Source: Amphiscolops sp. MND2022
Taxonomy: Eukaryota
Length of the DNA stretch: 64,000 nt
Assembly (NCBI GenBank): GCA_964187785.1
Contig: OZ076413.1
Span: 63,178,001 to 63,242,000 of the forward strand
Direction of reading: 5' to 3'
Shown here: in pieces, positions 1 to 12,700 of the stretch
How the letters are laid out: every line of letters begins with the position of its first letter
How positions within the stretch are numbered: the first letter of the stretch is position 1
Position numbers and translations under genes: made by a program
Notes under the pieces: model-generated
Told to the model about the DNA's origin: nothing
The model's database searches: none
The model's input: only the letters and a program-made list of their open reading frames with translations

Positions 1-1799
1 AATTTTTTTCACGTAATTCTCGAAAATTTCCAAAGATTTTACAGCATTTTTCGTTTTGCTGGCCAACGTGGTTTCCAATGAATGTTGCACTGGGAGTGGA
101 AAAAACAGCACGAATAACAACTACGGATTAATTGGATAACGAAATGGCCTCGAGTGTATAATAATTAAGTGGAGATTAAGCCGTAAGTGCTATTTTTTCT
201 AGACTTCTATCTTTCCACTTTCGTCGACAATTCTGGTAGCAGTGAAGCACCGCTTTTTCAAATGTTAACCAGTTTATTCAATCTTCGTAGCAGCGAAGCA
301 GCGCTTTCATTAAGGTGAAGCGAACGAGTGGTAATTTTTCATTCTCCGAGTGCTTTGAAATACTCCAAAAGTTTTCATATTCCAAAAATGCGAAACGTCA
401 TGTACGCTTAGTAGTTGTTTCTTTTGTTCAATTAAAAAAGCTTATAGTTCGAGAAGAATCACAGGCGGTTTAAACTGGTTTCAAAAATGAACTAACAGAG
501 TTCCAGTTATTTCAGATTTTTCTAATATTGAAGTTAATGTAGCCTAAAGCAGAAATATTACTGTGCCCTTTGGGGGCCTATTTTCCGAATAGAATCAAAC
601 GGTTTTTGTTGTAGTACCATATGAGTTTACTGTGTTACAGGAAGTGCCAAGTTTATGAGATGTCGTCCTGAGAACAGTAGCTCACCGTATTGCAAGCTGT
701 GGCACCTGAATTGTTTCAAAAACAAGCCCGCTGAGCGCAAACAGAAGAGATCTGATGCCATTGGAATGATTTAGCCAATAACCAATTAACACCGACAGAT
801 GACTCACTTTCTCTATTTTTATTGAATTTCATTAGCAGATATCCAATATTCAGTAGTTTGACCAGTGAAATTTTTCAGTGGTTTCACATTTTGAAATTAT
901 GTTCATTCCTATTAGCGCAATTCATCATTTCCAAAAAGGTGCTATTTCTTTTCTATATAATTCTCAGTTCAATAAATTACTTTTTTTCAGAGCAATAAAC
1001 ATTTGAAATGTGTGTTTCGTTTTTTATTTGCACCAAGTAAGAGTTCACAATTTTTTGTTGCATTATCAATTTCAATCCGATTTTATTTTTCCTTTTCTTT
1101 AGAGACGAAAAATCGTAGTTTTAGCATGGTATCGAAAAATCGTATTTCTGCCAATAGCTTTTAGAACCGCTTTTTGTGAGAGTTTTCGACTGCGCGTACC
1201 ACGTGGGTTGGAGTCTCGTGCTTGACCAGGTTTTTTTGATGCTGGCAAAGTTTGAAGGGAGACCAAAGGGGTTTTCCAGCCCTAACCGACGACTTTCTTC
1301 GAGAAAAATGTTTAAAATTTTGATTTTTCCAGTTGAGGAAAACCGTTTTCTAGTGTCAACTGTGATCTCTCCGGTTGTTTTTCCGTTGTGTGAAAATCAT
1401 GTCTTTATTATCATAAGTCTTGACTCATAAGTCTTTATTATTATTTCTTGAGCATATTCAGAAGACTTTGCTCTATTTGAGACAGTGTTTCTTCAATTTT
1501 TTCAAATGTGTTAAGTCCTAATTTTTGGGTCAGCCTAACTTCTATAGTGCATCCAGGTACGCTGAAGAGCTTCCTTTGATTCTCTTACTGCCTAACTTTA
1601 AAACAAGACGGGAATATCTAAAATCCACATTATCTGACGAAAAAAAACTAGCCACTGCGCTCATTTTCCTCTAAAATCTACCTACTAACTAGCCAATGTA
1701 ATAGTCGCGCTCATTTTCTACTGAAATGCGCAGAATAAAAAACTGAATGAGACCAAATCCCTCTCATCAGTGTCTTGGCTCTGTGCGACTTTTATATAG

Positions 1800-2315
1800 A
1801 CAAGCCGGGACCGGCCCAAGTCGGCGCCATATCCAAGGCTCAAAAATAGCAAAAGGACTTCCAAGTGTCAATTTACAGTACTCGAAAATCGAAAAGCCAA
1901 AAAATGGACCGAGTGGCGCGCCGGGGCCCGCTAGCGCGAGCCCCTGGCGCGCTAAAGAGAAAAAAATGTCTCACAATGCCGAAAAACTGAAAGGGGGACC
2001 CTTTGGGGTTTTTCAACATCCATTCTGTCGCAAAACATCAAAAAACATTGAAGGGAGGACCCTTTGGGAAAAAATTCAGAAAAAAAGTCGCAGTGCCGAA
2101 AAAAATTGAAAGGGGGTCTCGCCCGGTATGGTATGTTACGCGGGAAAACAGGAAAAACCTTTTTGGTTCAGTTCGCTAGGCCAAATGATTCAATTTGGTG
2201 CAATAATATTTTGTAGAACTTTTAAGAACTATTTTGGTCAGTTCGTGTGGATTGAAGAAAAAAAGAAAAGCCACTATAATAGTCGCGTTTCACTTCATGA
2301 AGCGCCGACTAAAAA
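1800..2315 (-). mobile_element. Helentron/DINE-like non-autonomous element, family 1
   Basis: Asymmetric inverted repeats AGTCGGCGC / GCGCCGACT; terminal stem-loop GCCGGGACCGGC; T-run end. Confidence 0.65.
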
Positions 2316-2576
2316 TCATACAGTTAATGGGTCTTACCTTCGGTTTTTGAAGCTTTGTCAGAAACGTCTTTTTAGCCCAAAAGGATCTGCACTTTTGGGT
2401 TTTTCCGGTATTGTTTCCTTTTTTGAATTTGTTTTTTTTGCCAATGAGTCATCCTCAAGTCGGGAGTTTTTATCTAGTCAAGTTCTGTAACCGAAATATA
2501 TTAGTTCCGCTTTACAATTTAACGCTTTTCTGATGAAAGTTATGCTTTAACTAAATTGATCACGTTGTATCCGTTC

Positions 2577-3040
2577 TTTTTTAGTCGGCGCATTTTAGTA
2601 GAAAATGTGCCCGACTATTACAATGGGTAGTTTTTTTAGACACGAAAGGTCCACTTTTTTGTTCACAACGTCCACAACCTCGAAAACACACTAAAGATCC
2701 CACCTTAGCCCCACTTTTTTTCGGCACTATGCGACTTTTTTGAAGTTTTTTGGATTGCACCAGAGGGTCCCCCCTTCATTTGTTTCGATATTTTGCAACA
2801 CAATGGATGTCAAAAAATCGCAAAAGGTCCCCCTTTTACATTTTTCGGCACTGTGACACTGTTCAAAAATCTCATTTAAAATTTTATTTGGGAAATTTTT
2901 TCATGTCTCCAAAGGGTCCCCCCCTTCAATTATTTTTAATTTTTTTGCAACCAGTTTGAGTTTCACAAAGCCCGAAGGGTCATACTTTTAAATTTTGAGC
3001 CTTAGATATGGCGCCGACTTTGGCCGTTCTCGGCTTGTTT
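2577..3040 (+). mobile_element. Helentron/DINE-like non-autonomous element, family 1 variant
   Basis: TTTTAGTCGGCGC...GCGCCGACTTTG GCCG-TTCT-CGGC TTGTT. Confidence 0.65.
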
Positions 3041-3679
3041 GAACTTAACCCGAATTGTCTCAAGTTTTTCACAAAGAGTGTAAGGATTGAATCTGACCAA
3101 TGTCGAACTTTGTATCGTTTCAATTTGAACGACAAACTTACCCTTTACTGGTAAAAAAGTGCTGATTTCGAACCTTTACGTCATATTCCAGGATTCCACT
3201 GTGATCAGGGTAGAAAGAAACTTTGTAGTTTTTTCAACTTACAATACAACCGTTTTCTGTTATAACAACGATAATAATGCCCTACATCCGAATTATTAAC
3301 CTTAATCTCGAATTATAATGGCTTTTGCGAGTCGGATAAAAGGCGAATACTTTTTTCAAGCTGCCATCTCGGAACTCTATATGTATAAGCGCATGAACTA
3401 GTTTTCAGATTAGTAGAGATTTTTTGGCCTACTAGTAATTTTCCGTATCCGGTCTGAAAATTGTGTTCTGAAGTGTGATTTTTTTCTAAAGGCATGTTGA
3501 CACTACACGAAATTTAAGGCATTGTCACTGCCCATTTTTTGATGTTCATTTTCAGAAAAAAATGTTCAACAATGGAAGCTTGAAGCGTTAAAATAATGAC
3601 TGTGATCAGTCGGACTGTAAGAACAATCGCGAATATTTAGCTACCTCGCTGGTTGGTTGCTGCATGAAAAACACCCGCC

Positions 3680-3790
3680 ATGCCTTTACTGCCAGCCTCC
3701 ACAACCTACGATCAGGTTCCCCTCAAAAGGAATGCTCGAGGGGCGCTGGGAACGCCAGATGTGTACCCCCAGCAAGTCAATCAGAAAGAG
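3680..3790 (+). CDS. MED12: MED12 exon 1 (start codon)
   Basis: gccATG; [37 protein letters not shown] then GTATGT donor, phase 0; matches MED12 N-terminus [25 protein letters not shown]. Confidence 0.93.
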
Positions 3791-6700
3791 GTATGTTTGT
3801 TTCGATCTCATTGGGCAGCGTAGTATTGATTGTTATCGTATATTCAGAGTTTCCATTTCAAGTTGAATGCAACATTCGCATTCCGAACAGTTAACTGCGT
3901 TTCAAATGTCGCTCACTTGATCCTATTGATGTAAGTTTTCATCCTATTCTGAGAAAATGAAACAAGCCGGGACCGGCCCAAGTCGGCGCCATATCCAAGG
4001 CTCAAAAATAACAAAAAGACTTCCAAGTGTCAAGTACTCTTTTACAGTACTCGAAAATCGAAATTTTTTGAAAAAAATTTTTCGAAAAAATTACATACTC
4101 AAAAAAATGGACCGAGTGGCGCGCCGGGGCTCGCTAGCGCGAGCCCCTGGCGCGCTAAAGTCTCACAATGCCGAAAAACTGAAAGGGTGGACCCTTTGAG
4201 GTTTTTCAACATCCATTCTGTCGCAAAACATGAAAAAATTGAAGAAAACAAAAATTTTCATTTTCGGGAAAAAATCTCACAATGCCGAAAAAAACTGAAA
4301 GGGGGGGACCCTTTGGGATTTTTTAACATCCATTCTGTCGCAAAACATCAAAAAAAATGCAGGGGGACCCTTTGGGGAAAAAATTTTTTCGAAAAAAAAG
4401 TCTCGCAGTGCCGAAAAAAATGAAAGGGGGGAGTCTTTGGTCTCGCCCGGTATGGTATGTTACGCGGAAAAACAGGAAAAACTTTTTTGGTTCAGTTCGC
4501 TAGACCAAATAGTGCATTTTGATGCAATAATATTTTGTAGAACTTGTAGAACTATTTTGGTCAGTTCGTGTGGATAGAAAAAAAAGAGTCACTATAATAG
4601 TCGCGTTTCACTTCATGAAGCGCCGACTAAAAAGGCTCTGATCAAAAATAGCTATGAAGTGTAAGAAATGTAGCCGAATTCAGATTAACTAGAAACCGGA
4701 TTAATTCGGTCTAAAAAACAACTGGATTCCAGATTTTGTATTTGTTAACGTTTATGGGAAATCGGAAATATTTATTGCCACCATCTTCCATGCCTGAACA
4801 AAATCGAATCACGTGGTGAAAGAGGAAATCTACCTGGAAATGAGCTTTCGGGAAAACTTGTTGTAATACACTATAACCTTGAACAAGTGTGATTTGATTC
4901 GATTCATGTTATACATTTTTGAGTCGTCTTCAATGTATTAAAATCCGGTACTTTCCAGCCGGATTCTGGAACCGGATTGGAGCTCAATCGATTTTTGCCT
5001 GATTTACCTGAACCCGGCTCATCTCTACAGAAGATGTGTTCAAAAAGTATGAGCAAAGGTCACGAAGGACTTTTGGAAAATTTTGAAATTAGTTTCGATC
5101 TGCAATAAATCAAAACTACAGCAGATTTTGTATGATACAAAGCGCAAAATCACCTATTTTTAGCAGGGATGTTAACCATCGCACAAAAACTTTGTTCTTC
5201 AACGGCTCTGATTCAATGCTCACTGGAATTGCATCTAACTGTATCGGATGAACTCCAACAGAAAAATTCTCAACAATGAACCCTTTTCAGTTTTGAAGGG
5301 AAAAACTGTTTCAATTGTCAAAATATTTTGAGGAGGGGCAGCCTATGAAAGTTTTGCAAGAAAATTTGAACCTTGCAAGATGACAAATCTTGCAAGAATC
5401 TTGCAAGATGACACAAATCTTGCAAGATTCTTGCAAGAAATCTGCCAGGTTAATGCATTCACTTGCAAGATCTTGCAAGAATGTCTGCCAGAATCTTGCA
5501 AGATGTGTGTTTTTTCCCAACCAGAGAATTATCTAATTTGGAGTCGTGATTTACAAGAATGACAGAATTTACAAATTTACTACGAAGCGTCGATGTGAAA
5601 ATAGCAACGAGGCGTTTCCCGCATGTACGAAACTGTCCTTTTACCCGTATTTCAATGGTATCTTTTTGAATGAAAGCTCTCAGTTTTTTGAGTGAAAGTC
5701 ACTTTTGGCGACCTAGTCACGTCTAGATTACACTGTCTTGAAACGTTTAAATTTCCCATATTCAGAATAAGCCCTTATTCCGATGAATTGAGTTTATTCT
5801 ATTCAACAGGATGGACGTTAATTGCATTTTGTGAAGTAAACATGAACCAATTAACAACCACCCTTGATTGTTTCAGGATCACTTCTACAGTCATGTCAAA
5901 CAGGGCTTCCAAAATCCTGCTCTTGATGATGAGGTGCGTTTTTATGGTCCTACCTGAAATATACCTGGTTTCTCTGTTGTGAGCCTATTGTAAAAAGTAT
6001 TCATTTCGTTTCAGCACAAATCTTCCAACAAAAAGCTCATTTTGGAGAACAAAGATAACGTAAGTTACATTATTTATTACCTGCAGTGTTATTCATTTCC
6101 AGAAAATGTCAAAGGAAGCAAATCTAATCGGGGTCGTATTGATTAATGTGGTCCGAATTATTTCAAGAAACTGTAAAATTAAATTATCTGTAATTTAGAA
6201 AAATATCTCTGGAGGAGCGCTCAACGGAAAATCGATAGCATATTGTCAAGTTGCCATTTTAAACTTTGAGGCAAAAGGTTCTTTTATTCCACTTTCAAAC
6301 TGATTTGAAACATAAATTCAATGATTTGAAACTGTCGTCTTTCAATACAACCCCGATCCCAATTTAAATAGGCAGTAAGAAACTAGCAGGTTGACATTCG
6401 TAGCTGTATTTGGCTTCAAAATTGTTGCTCTTTTTGTAGCGAATTCGGCTGAAAATATAAAAACGTTTTTTTAGTAGTTTTTTGTCTGCCTCTTATGTAT
6501 TAGCTTAGAACAGAGGCCTCGTTTTCTCTCTCGCGATTTTCCCCAAGTTTGTTCATACTTGAATTTTGTGCTCAAATTTCGTGAAATTCACGTCGCTGAG
6601 TCTAAAAACTTCAAAATTAGTTTGAGTTTCCTTTTTCAGGAAAAGTTATCTGAACCTTGATTTTCAGAAACCTGAATTCTTTGTCGAAGTATTTGTAGGT

Positions 6701-9700
6701 CAAAGTAAAAAGGAGAAAATAATAAAGCTGTTAGAATATTTCTGGGCGTATTAGATCCCTGAGTTCAGGGCGTCTTTTCATCTATAACTTGAGTGGGGAG
6801 AGATTGTTGAGAGTGTGTTTTGCTTGCAGTTGCTGAAGTGTATCGCGGACATCAAGGCCAAGCGAGAAGAGCAGCATGCGGCCTCAGTTTCCGTCTCCGA
6901 GAGCAAGAAGAAGTTGTTCCTCAGCAAAGAACGATTCTGGCCGGTACGTATTCTACACGACAGGGTTTTGACATCGCTAATACTCTGGTGTCTCTGCTTG
7001 CCGGGGGTACTAATTGCAGGGGTAGTTTGATTGAATAATTTGAGACAATACGTGGAGTCGATCTGTGTATTCAATGCGTTACGCTGACACCATTAGAATA
7101 ATTATTTTGAGGCATTGTCGAAGCCAGTTGCTTCCAATAAGCACTTTTCAACCAAGCTTTTTGGTTCGATATTCGATTGTTCAATGATTTGTCGGCTTAA
7201 TGCGCGGTTCCCAATCTGCTTATACGTTGTGACGTAACCCGTGGAAGTCTGATACGATTGTTAAGGGGGTCCTAATTTGAGGGGTCAATGATTTTGATCG
7301 TCATAGGTTAGGAAGCCCCCTTCAAAGGAACACCAGAGTATTAACTACTACTTGATAAACTGTTAATTTACTCACTATCATTGCTAATGATGCGACAAAC
7401 ATTTTTGCAACGTTTAATTGACCTTCAACAGCATTTTTTCAAGTGCGAAATTTTTTGGTTTCCAAAAAACGTTTGATCAATACAAAAATTTTTCCAGACA
7501 CGGATGGTTTTCCACAAAAACTTCGTTATGCACGTAAAGACAATCGCGGAAAAAGTTTCTTCCAATTATACTTGTACAATACTTTTTATGAAGTGTAATA
7601 TACTGGTTTTTCGTAACAAAAGTGTTTTGTAAGCCCTCTGCCTAAAAAGCGGCAGATCGACCCGCTGTTAACCTTAACTTGGCCAATGTGCCAAATTTGG
7701 CACATTTAGTTTCTGCAAATTCTTACCGCACCAGCTGATTGTATGGTAAAGCAAACCCTTTAATAAAAGTTTCAGACAATATTGCATAGCATTCGGCGCC
7801 TTTTCACGGAAAATTGATGTGATGTCTCCAAAATCCAGAAAATGAGGCGAAAAAATCCAAAGAAAAATAAGTGCAGATTTTCCGTTTTCCCAGTTTTCGT
7901 TTGTGCCCCTTTTATCCCACTGGTATCAACATTGGGTCAAAGCGGCCCCAGCATGTTTTGAAACATGCTGAAAAGCAAGCAGAGACACGACGCGTGCAAA
8001 GTTTTGGCGCAAAGTTCGGAGCCAGTGCGGCGAAGCCGCACGCCAGCGGGGAACTTCGCGTAAAAAATTTTGCGCGCAAGGGGCCCGCGGTAGCGGGCCC
8101 TAAGCCCAGCAGTTTAAAAATTGATTTGAAAGCCCCAATGCTCCTCTTTCGAACGCTGTATAAATCGTTTGTCGGACTTGTATAGTTCAGGAGATATTGC
8201 GGTTTAAAGTTGAAGCACCCGATTTTTGGATGGAACAAGATTTTTCCTGGCCAACTTAAGGTTAACCAGCTACGGTAGAGTTATCTATAAGTGCCTTCGG
8301 GGGCAAATAATTATGTAGCCCAGCCATTTCTGACGATCGATAAAATTGCGATACGACGACTTATTTGTATTTTGTGACTTCGAAAAAACTACAAAAGTTG
8401 ACTATTAATTTTTTCACATTGACAGTTTTATCTTTTTTAGTATCATTACAAAGTGAAACCTCAGCTGTCGAGCTGGATGAATGACTTGTCATCGAATAAA
8501 GACCTTTCTCACCTGGGCCGTAAAATTCCCTTCTTCCAGCGTCGTGAGGAACTGTTGTTTGCACTTGCCGAACACAAAGTGCCGCTCATCAAGGCAGTGT
8601 GGGTCATCAAACTGGATGCCTACCACAAAATGTCACAAGTGGACAACACTTCCAAAAAGGTCAGGTCACATCTTGAATCGATCGACTTGTTTCTCCGCTG
8701 TTTAGTGTAGTATCCATGATAGAATCTTTTAGATTCACCCCCTGTCTAAGTAATTAATAATGGTTCAGATTAATCAAGTTGATGACTTTGAGAAGCACAG
8801 ATTTAATAGCCATGTAGCAATTCACGAATTATTCAGTAATTAAATTCTATGAAATTCCACAGCGTCACATACCAAATTTTTAGGCGAGCATTAATGAGAG
8901 CAAAATTAGTCCTCCAACAATGTTGTTTTGATTTCTACTGCTGCATATCTCTCCGTCGTTAGCTGTATCTGTTAGGCTTCTCATAGGTTTTGTGTGCATG
9001 CCAATATGAGCCCATATTTAACGCTAGCATTGTGCGAAACTATCTGAACGCGACAAATGACACAATTGTCCCTATTAATGCTCAGCGTTTCTAGAGAAAA
9101 CCATTCCTTCTCGTGAACCTGTATCTAGAGCATTCAGATATTTAGTCATGACTCTAGATCATCAATTAATGGAATTTTCGAGTAGTTCAGATCTCAAAAT
9201 AACAGACGCTTTGGATATTTTAGATCTTTTTCACTTCACATTCTCTAGTCTGAAGCTTGGCCATTCGCAAGAAGAAACCCTGATTATCTCTAAAATCTCT
9301 CGATCTAAAACAGCTGTGGAAAAATGCAAATATATAAAACTTCGATTGCGATTGCGTCAAGCATATTATTTCACACATCCAAAAATATATAAATTTGATA
9401 TGTAGCAGAATGAAAAAGATGAAAGATTGGAGTAAGGAGAACATCGATGTTTGGAATATTTTCATATCAATCTAAATTACAGGCCGGCTTCTCGAAAATT
9501 TTTTAGTTGTCACTGGCAAACTGAGGAACACTCGGCGCTGACAGGTTCACCAAAGAGCAAAATCTGTTGAGAGCACAGTTGAAAAAGAAAGAATTCTAAT
9601 TTAATACTATAATAATTTGATGTGTTTTGAGATCCATCAAAAAACACGTCATTTCTTTAAGGAACTTTTTTGTGGATTCTGAGAAAAGTCGCAACTGAGG

Positions 9701-12700
9701 AACAGTCGAAGCTGGCCGGTCTTTCAACAAACACTTCCAGTGAAAAAAACACCGTCTGAAAGATGAACCACATTAAAAACAACATGAATGTTCACCCAGA
9801 ATCGAAATCCATGAAAAATAACACGCAGTTTATTCGAAAAACTTCCAAGCTTCCACTGACCAAATGAGGAACAGTCAAAACCAGCAGGTCCACCAGAGAT
9901 CAATAAAAAGCACCGTTGGAAAGATGGAATTCAAAGGAAACTGTCATGATTGTCCGATTTGTTGAGACCCATCAAGAAAAACATTTGTTCAAGAAGCATT
10001 CATTTTTGGGTCCTGCGAGGCATATGGCAGGTTTAATAACAAACAATTCCACCGTGAAAAGCATCGCCTGAAAGATGAAAGAAAACACAAACATGAATGT
10101 TCGATCACAATTGATATCCATGAAAAGAGGCAGTCGTTTTTTTCGAAAATCTTATCCAAACTTCTACTGACCAACTGAGAAACAGTCAAAACCAGCAGGT
10201 CCACCAAGGACAAAAGCCTCTAAAAAGACAATGCTCAGACCAAATAGAGACTATATTCTGCGGTAAACAGATCTGGAATAAACAAATTACAGATCCAATT
10301 GAGAATATTACCAACCGAGTGGATGCCTGAAGTGAATTTAACATGCATATGCTTGCTTCGCCCTCTGCTTCTTGTGGAATAATCACTGAAGAAGCAAGTT
10401 CCGATGACGTAAACGTTGATAATATACCTGAGTTGTTACAAATATCACAATTATCGTTCCGTTCTTAGTGGTAAAAAAGAGCAACGTACGAGTTTGTCTG
10501 AACACCAAGAAGCGTTTGAATTTTTCCTAACGACTGAATTCAAACTTTCTTCTCGAAAGCGATCACAGAATGTCATTCTAGTTGTACTCAAAACCCTCAG
10601 AGACAATACTGGCTGCATTCTTTCGTCTAGATTAGGTTTCTGAACACACTTTCCACAAATTTCTGATGCGCAAGTCGTTTCCATATCGCTGAGTTTTCCA
10701 AGGTTAACCAATTGACTCTCACGTAAAGTGTCCGCATGATAACTTGAAATGCTCACAGCCGATAGAAACAACAACAGCAGTTTTTCCGGCGGAGAAAGTG
10801 AACCTTTCTCTTCTGTTCAAAAACCTTTGTCCTTGGTTCTTACAACAGCATGGGCGAAGTTCTGTTCAATCGGCAATACAAAATTGAAAATTGAACCTTG
10901 ATTTTTCTAACGACCCATGACTTTGTTGTATTTCACGCGGGAACAAAATCTTTGACAAAGCTCAGACATTTTCGTCACGGAAGTGTTATTCTGCATTGTG
11001 CCCTGTGAAGCATCGCCCGCTCGCTTTCTAAATTTTGCAATAAGAGCTTCTGGTTTCTCAGAGAATTCCACTTTTAGCCCTGGCGGTTTCATGGTACCAC
11101 TGAACGTTCGGACAAGTGAATGGTTGGCGAACTCAAACGCAAAACCGGAGCTGTTCCAGAGACGATCGGTTCAATCGACTCGGTCAAAGGTGACGTATTG
11201 ACTGAAAACTATAACTCTGCATTTCTTTGTCAAAGAGCTCCTTGAATGTATCGAAGAACACGTCGTTCAAAGGCGACACTTTATTGATTTCTTCTTTATC
11301 GGCATTCTTGAGAGAGAAAGAGAAGTCGAATGGAATGGCTAATGAGAAGGTCCAAAAACGTTTTAGTTCGGCAGACACGGTGCATGTTTCTTGCGTGGCC
11401 AATGGGATTAAGTGTAAAAACAGCAATTGGAAGTGAGTGGCTTGCAGAAAATTCAATACTTGTGACGTTCTAGGTTTTGCAAAAAATTTTCGGTATCAGG
11501 CTCTAATCTAGGTGAATAATTAAAGTTCACTTTCTCTTAAATGAACAAGTTTTGCAAGAGAATTTTTGAACAGAAATTTCCTGGTCCCTAGAGAAAAGTG
11601 GTACATTGCATCGATTGGGGAACTGAGAAGAAAGGAAAAACATGAGCTGAAGTGCGAAATTCTCTTCATCCGACAACAGGCTCTCCTTTCGATAGGGCCT
11701 ACTTTTGTTTCTGGAATTTTCACTTTCGTAACTGTATTCCAGAATCACGTGGATAAAATAGAGATCCCATTTTTTCTCACATCAAACAATGCGTGCAACC
11801 AATGAATCCATTGAATTGCATCATATTCAATGCAGTAGCATTGACTGGCATATCGCAAACTTCAGTTTAAGAAATACATCATGCCATTTGAGCTTGCTGG
11901 TCCCGTGCCACAATGCCAAAAATGTGAGGTTGCGATAACTTGATTTCAATTTAGGGGTAATTTATGACATTGCAGCCAGAAAGGCCATACAGTAAGTATT
12001 CTGGATTTCAAACTTGGGGCGCCATCCATTTTCAAAATCAACTGCACTCCACTGTGTCCAAAAGGGCAGCCGGGAGACTCATAGTGTTTTCCATTCGACC
12101 AGGTGTTGCGGATATGTTGGTTTGTAGTGATTTTAAATCTGAAATCAGAGTTGATTGTTGAAACGAAACACCGCAAATGATGCTCAGTCTTTGACGTGAC
12201 CGTGAGGAAAGACTTGATTAGGTTGCGGAAGGAATTGTTGTGATTATTTCAATTTTTTTTTATTGTCTTTGAGCAAACGTGTTTCTCGAACCAAAATTCT
12301 CGAAATTTTCAGCTAATATTAGTGTGAGTGGCACCTTAGGACGGGGGTGAACTCGTCATCAACGTAGAGTTTTTATTAAAGTTAGAATTGGCTCTTTCGT
12401 GGCGACTGCGCCCAAGTTCGCCGAGAGTGTCCTCCAAGGGTACCATCTCCGTCTTATGTTGCCAGTAGTTGTGAACAGGGATGACGCTCTGGGAGATTGA
12501 TAATTTTACTGCGAATCCAATCTTACGAACTAGCCCAGAAGTATCCTCAGCCATCGTCGACAGGAAAAGTTCAGCCATTTACATCGAGCGAAAGTTGATT
12601 TTTCACACAGATTTCAATAGCATAGAAGCTAATCTCGAAAAATAGTTGAGCTGAGAGAACACTTAGATGATGAGCTATCATTTTAAACGGTGAAAAAAGG

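Noticed and set aside
440-620. Similarity between ~460-600 and ~51340-51480 (ggtttaaactg...aaagcagaaata...ggggcctattt)
   Set aside because: Probably an old dispersed repeat relic; too degenerate to define ends or class.
3657-3894. ORF-track calls 3657-3866 and 3664-3894
   Set aside because: Wrong frames; the MED12-like peptide is in the third frame starting at 3680.
1747-4423. ORFs of 69-120 aa (e.g. MRPNPSHQ.., MVCYAGKQ.., MKQAGTGP.., MDPLRFFN..)
   Set aside because: They lie within dispersed Helentron/DINE-like repeats, differ in frame between copies and show no domain.
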